From contig CM082580.2 in NCBI GenBank assembly GCA_040954595.2, positions 13,132,242 through 13,196,241 of the forward strand: a stretch of 64,000 nucleotides of DNA, in the 5' to 3' direction. The position numbers and the translations under genes are program-made. How positions within the stretch are numbered: the stretch's first letter is position 1; every line of letters starts with the position of its first letter. Source of the stretch: Balanoglossus misakiensis (Eukaryota; Animalia; Hemichordata). Below the pieces are notes generated by a model, which saw only the letters and a list, made by a program, of their open reading frames with translations, was not told where the DNA came from and did no database searches. Below, one piece after another: positions 12,886-64,000 of the stretch.

Positions 12886-15256
12886 TGGCTAATTAACATT
12901 CTTACAGACATATCAATTCCTCCAAAAATGAGGTACATATCCATTTATGCAGAATCATCAGCCTCCTAATTATTTCCAGGCTTTTTCTCCGGTCGATATC
13001 TGTCAGCTGGGATCAATATATTGTTCTATTGTCCTCCTAAAGGTCATAAAAACCTGTATCACATAAAAGTTGGGGGTAATCCACCAGAAAGTCAACACCA
13101 GATCAGGTAGGGTAATAACATCTTTTACCCCCTGAAACATTTTGGAAAGTTGCTGACAGATATTTCACACCCACAATGCTAACAAAAAATTGTCACAGAA
13201 TAATAACAGAACAGTCTGCAGTCAATATAACTTATTTTACAAAACATAAACATCTTTAGTTCTTTTGTCTAATTCTGGTTGTTTGGAAAAAAACTGACAT
13301 AAAAAATAACATTTACCACAATCTGATTGATTGAACACATACAAATTTACATAAACAAGTATTTTATAGGGAGATTCAATACCCCTATTCACCTCAGAAA
13401 AGGTAATCTTAGTCTGAATGTTTCTCCCATAGTAAAGTTTTTACCCATAAAATTCATAAAACAATACTTTGATTTCTTGTTGACAGGCAAGGTACACACA
13501 AATCATGGCAAGAAAGACAGCAGAAAACAAATCGGTTTATACTAGTCTTCATAAAAAATAATTAATATAAGTTGAAATGATAAGATCAAAACAAACTTTT
13601 GAGAACTTTTCCAATAGCTCAGTTTCAGCTCAATACATGTCATATTCCTTTACTGAATGGTCACATTATTTGTGATCAATCTGCCTACAAAGCTGAAAAT
13701 GGTCAGTAAGGTATTAAGGAGCCCCATAATTAGCATATTTCTATAAAAAGACACGCCAACGCATCTATGAAGAACTGGCTGTCTGTCAACAAAGTGGCTG
13801 CATTTCAACCCTGTTTGTTTTAAAGTAAATGAAACAAAATTACAACTAGGCCTATTCTGTATCTTTGGTCTACAGCTGTTTGGACATTTTGCTGTCTATT
13901 TGTCTTTGGTCTACAACTTTCAGAGTGTAGTTTTTTTTAGTTCAGTTGCTGGGCCCAATAAACTCATCCCCAATATGTGTCTCCAAAATCCAGATTGATG
14001 TATAATTCCCTCAAATTCAAAGAGCGAACTTTGGTACCAACTTAGAACAGTTGAGGGAAATGTGTTGAAAGGATAATGCGAGACAAATCAGGAATGAGTG
14101 AACTAAGGGGTCATTGTCAAAACTTACTCATTAGGATCAGTACTGATAATAATTACAAATTTAGAAGAAATTGGAACAATTACCTCAAGGCTATCCCTTT
14201 GTTTAAAAATCAAACCTGATACAGTATTTACAAAATACGCAGAAAACTCTGTGTCACATACAAAGTAAGATTTCGTATCTATCATTTTCTGTCCGGAAAA
14301 TTAAGTACAACTTTATAATTCATTAAGGTCTGTTGCCTTTTGCATTCATCTGACTGAACTGTGCAAATTCCTGGAACCTTTTCGCTAGGTACTTTGAATG
14401 ATTAACCCAAGGGGCCTTGATGCACAAAACATCAGCATGAACTACCCCCTGGCTTTTTAAAATATATATTAGGATAATTATCTGAACCCCGTAACAACAC
14501 AAAATGTTGTGGGACAAAGTCTCAGGCTAGCAATGGCAGGTAGTCAGAATAGAATATACATGTTTTTGTCGAGGTGGGTAATTAAATATTGTCCCTGGCA
14601 ACTAGTCTGGAGGTCATCATTACAAACATTCACTAATGTCTGTTCTGATACAACCTCAAGAATAAAAGTCACAATACAAGCTCAGACATACAAAAAAAAT
14701 GAATGTGGCGATTTCCTAAACATTCGCAGTATTGGTGAGACCAGACCTAGTGTACCTACAATGTACAGTCAAGATACCCAAACTTGAAACCCTGTAAAAT
14801 GTATATCTCTGGACTAGAACACACAATGTTAAATCTTCCAGTGAATAAAATTTCTTCACCAGTTTAAACAAAAAAAATCTCAGTGGATGGTATAAGATAA
14901 TCAACCATTAATTGAATTCTCGTACATACAATGTAGTTCTAAAAAAAACGCAAACAAAAATTGGTGGGATGGAATTCCTTGGATCAATTCTTTAAAGCTA
15001 ATTGCTAAACAACAACCTCTGATTGAAGGATTCAATTTGCTTCATCTATTGTAAGTACAAACGAAACCAGTACCTATGCAGTATCATTCAAAGAAAATGA
15101 TTTCAGGACAAAAGCTGCCAACTTTTTTGCTACAAGTTAAGTTGACTGACCCGATGTTTTTTACCTCAGGGCCAGCTCATTCTGAACAGAGGTGGGATGT
15201 GTTCCCCTTGAGTTTGGTGTTGTCATTGGACAAGACAATGTCTGCTTGAAGCAGGT

Positions 15257-63148
<47,892 letters not shown>

Positions 63149-63520
63149 TGCCGTGATTTTTGTAGAGTAAAGCCGCGCTACATTGGCAGCCAAGTGTCTG
63201 TGTTCAAGTCGTATCTCGGCTACGCTTTGTAGAGATGTGAAAAAGGTGTCGGTTGCCAGGGCAAAGTAGCACTTTCTCTCTTGTAGCTTGGAGAGAACTA
63301 ACGTCAGAATTTGTTTCTACGTTGCTTTATAATCAGTTTCCCTGGCTCGGCATCCCGAACAGGAGATTGAGGTTGTGACCCCCCTAACTTGGTCGATATT
63401 ATCCGCCGACACTTGGAAACAATAGTGGTTGTCGAGCCGGTGACTGTGTGAGCGATGGCGGTGGCGATTGGATGCTATTTAGACATCGACAAGGCCTCTC
63501 AGCAAATGCCAATCAAACGC
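63149..63520 (-). promoter_or_regulatory. Putative RFX4 5' UTR/proximal promoter with an X-box (GTTGCCAGGGCAAA, 63252-63265), a CRE-like TGACGTTA (63299-63306) and two CCAAT boxes (63467-63471, 63509-63513)
   Basis: Motifs sit immediately upstream of candidate exon 1 in CpG-rich sequence; the TSS is not determinable from sequence alone. Confidence 0.45.
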
Positions 63521-64000
63521 GCATTTGATGTTTCAATAAAATGCCTGTTCTATCAAGTCGACTAGAGAAACGAACTTGCTGAATACTGACGTTTTAGTCT
63601 TTCCAGGCACTCCTTAAGCTCCTGTGTATACTTTGTCATAGAAAGTGGTTGGCCGGATAGAGAAACTTTGTTTTTTTACCTACAAACCGCGTTTGTGCAG
63701 TTCCACGCGTACATATCGATACACTGGGCGACTACACAGTACAATACAGAAACCCCCATTTAAACATCACTCGTTTCATGCGCCTTTTCATATTCCCATG
63801 GCTTTCACCTTTAAAACCATCAATAGGACAAATCTGTCTCTTGCTGATGTGCCCCCCTCCAAACTCGCAGAGCAGGATTAGAGATATCCCCCCCCCCCCA
63901 CCCGTCTAATTAATCTGTTAACTGGGCCCAAGAGCACGCGATGCCTCAGAGATAGCTTCGCCATGATTACACAAAGCTCGCATCCTTGCCAACAGGTAGT

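Noticed and set aside
13852-13918. Short direct repeat TCTTTGGTCTACA (41-bp period) in the putative 3' UTR
   Set aside because: Two-copy local duplication with no further structure.

Overview
Eukaryotic (animal) genomic DNA, most likely an invertebrate deuterostome (inferred from the protein and its intron pattern). Bases 1-12489 are a very homogeneous 87-bp tandem satellite of about 143 monomers. It has three dyad symmetries per monomer and incipient higher-order repeats, and its long repetitive ORFs are a by-product of the 87 = 29-codon period. The remaining ~51 kb holds one minus-strand gene, an RFX4 orthologue (winged-helix RFX transcription factor). I assembled it by hand into 19 GT-AG coding exons (63148->15257, about 791 aa) with consistent phases, including a 13-bp first coding exon (MDQT) that the ORF track misses. 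The introns contain a young 552-bp foldback/MITE with a 9-bp TSD, small TTAA-flanked piggyBac-like MITEs, an older inverted-repeat element and microsatellites. Most notable: (i) many RFX X-box motifs, some in tandem pairs, across the RFX4 locus itself (promoter, introns, exons, 3' end), suggesting auto- or cross-regulation; (ii) a sharp CpG-rich/CpG-poor boundary near 42 kb that coincides with a candidate internal promoter; (iii) a likely polyA site only ~100 bp from the satellite. All coordinates were read by eye and may be off by a few bases.
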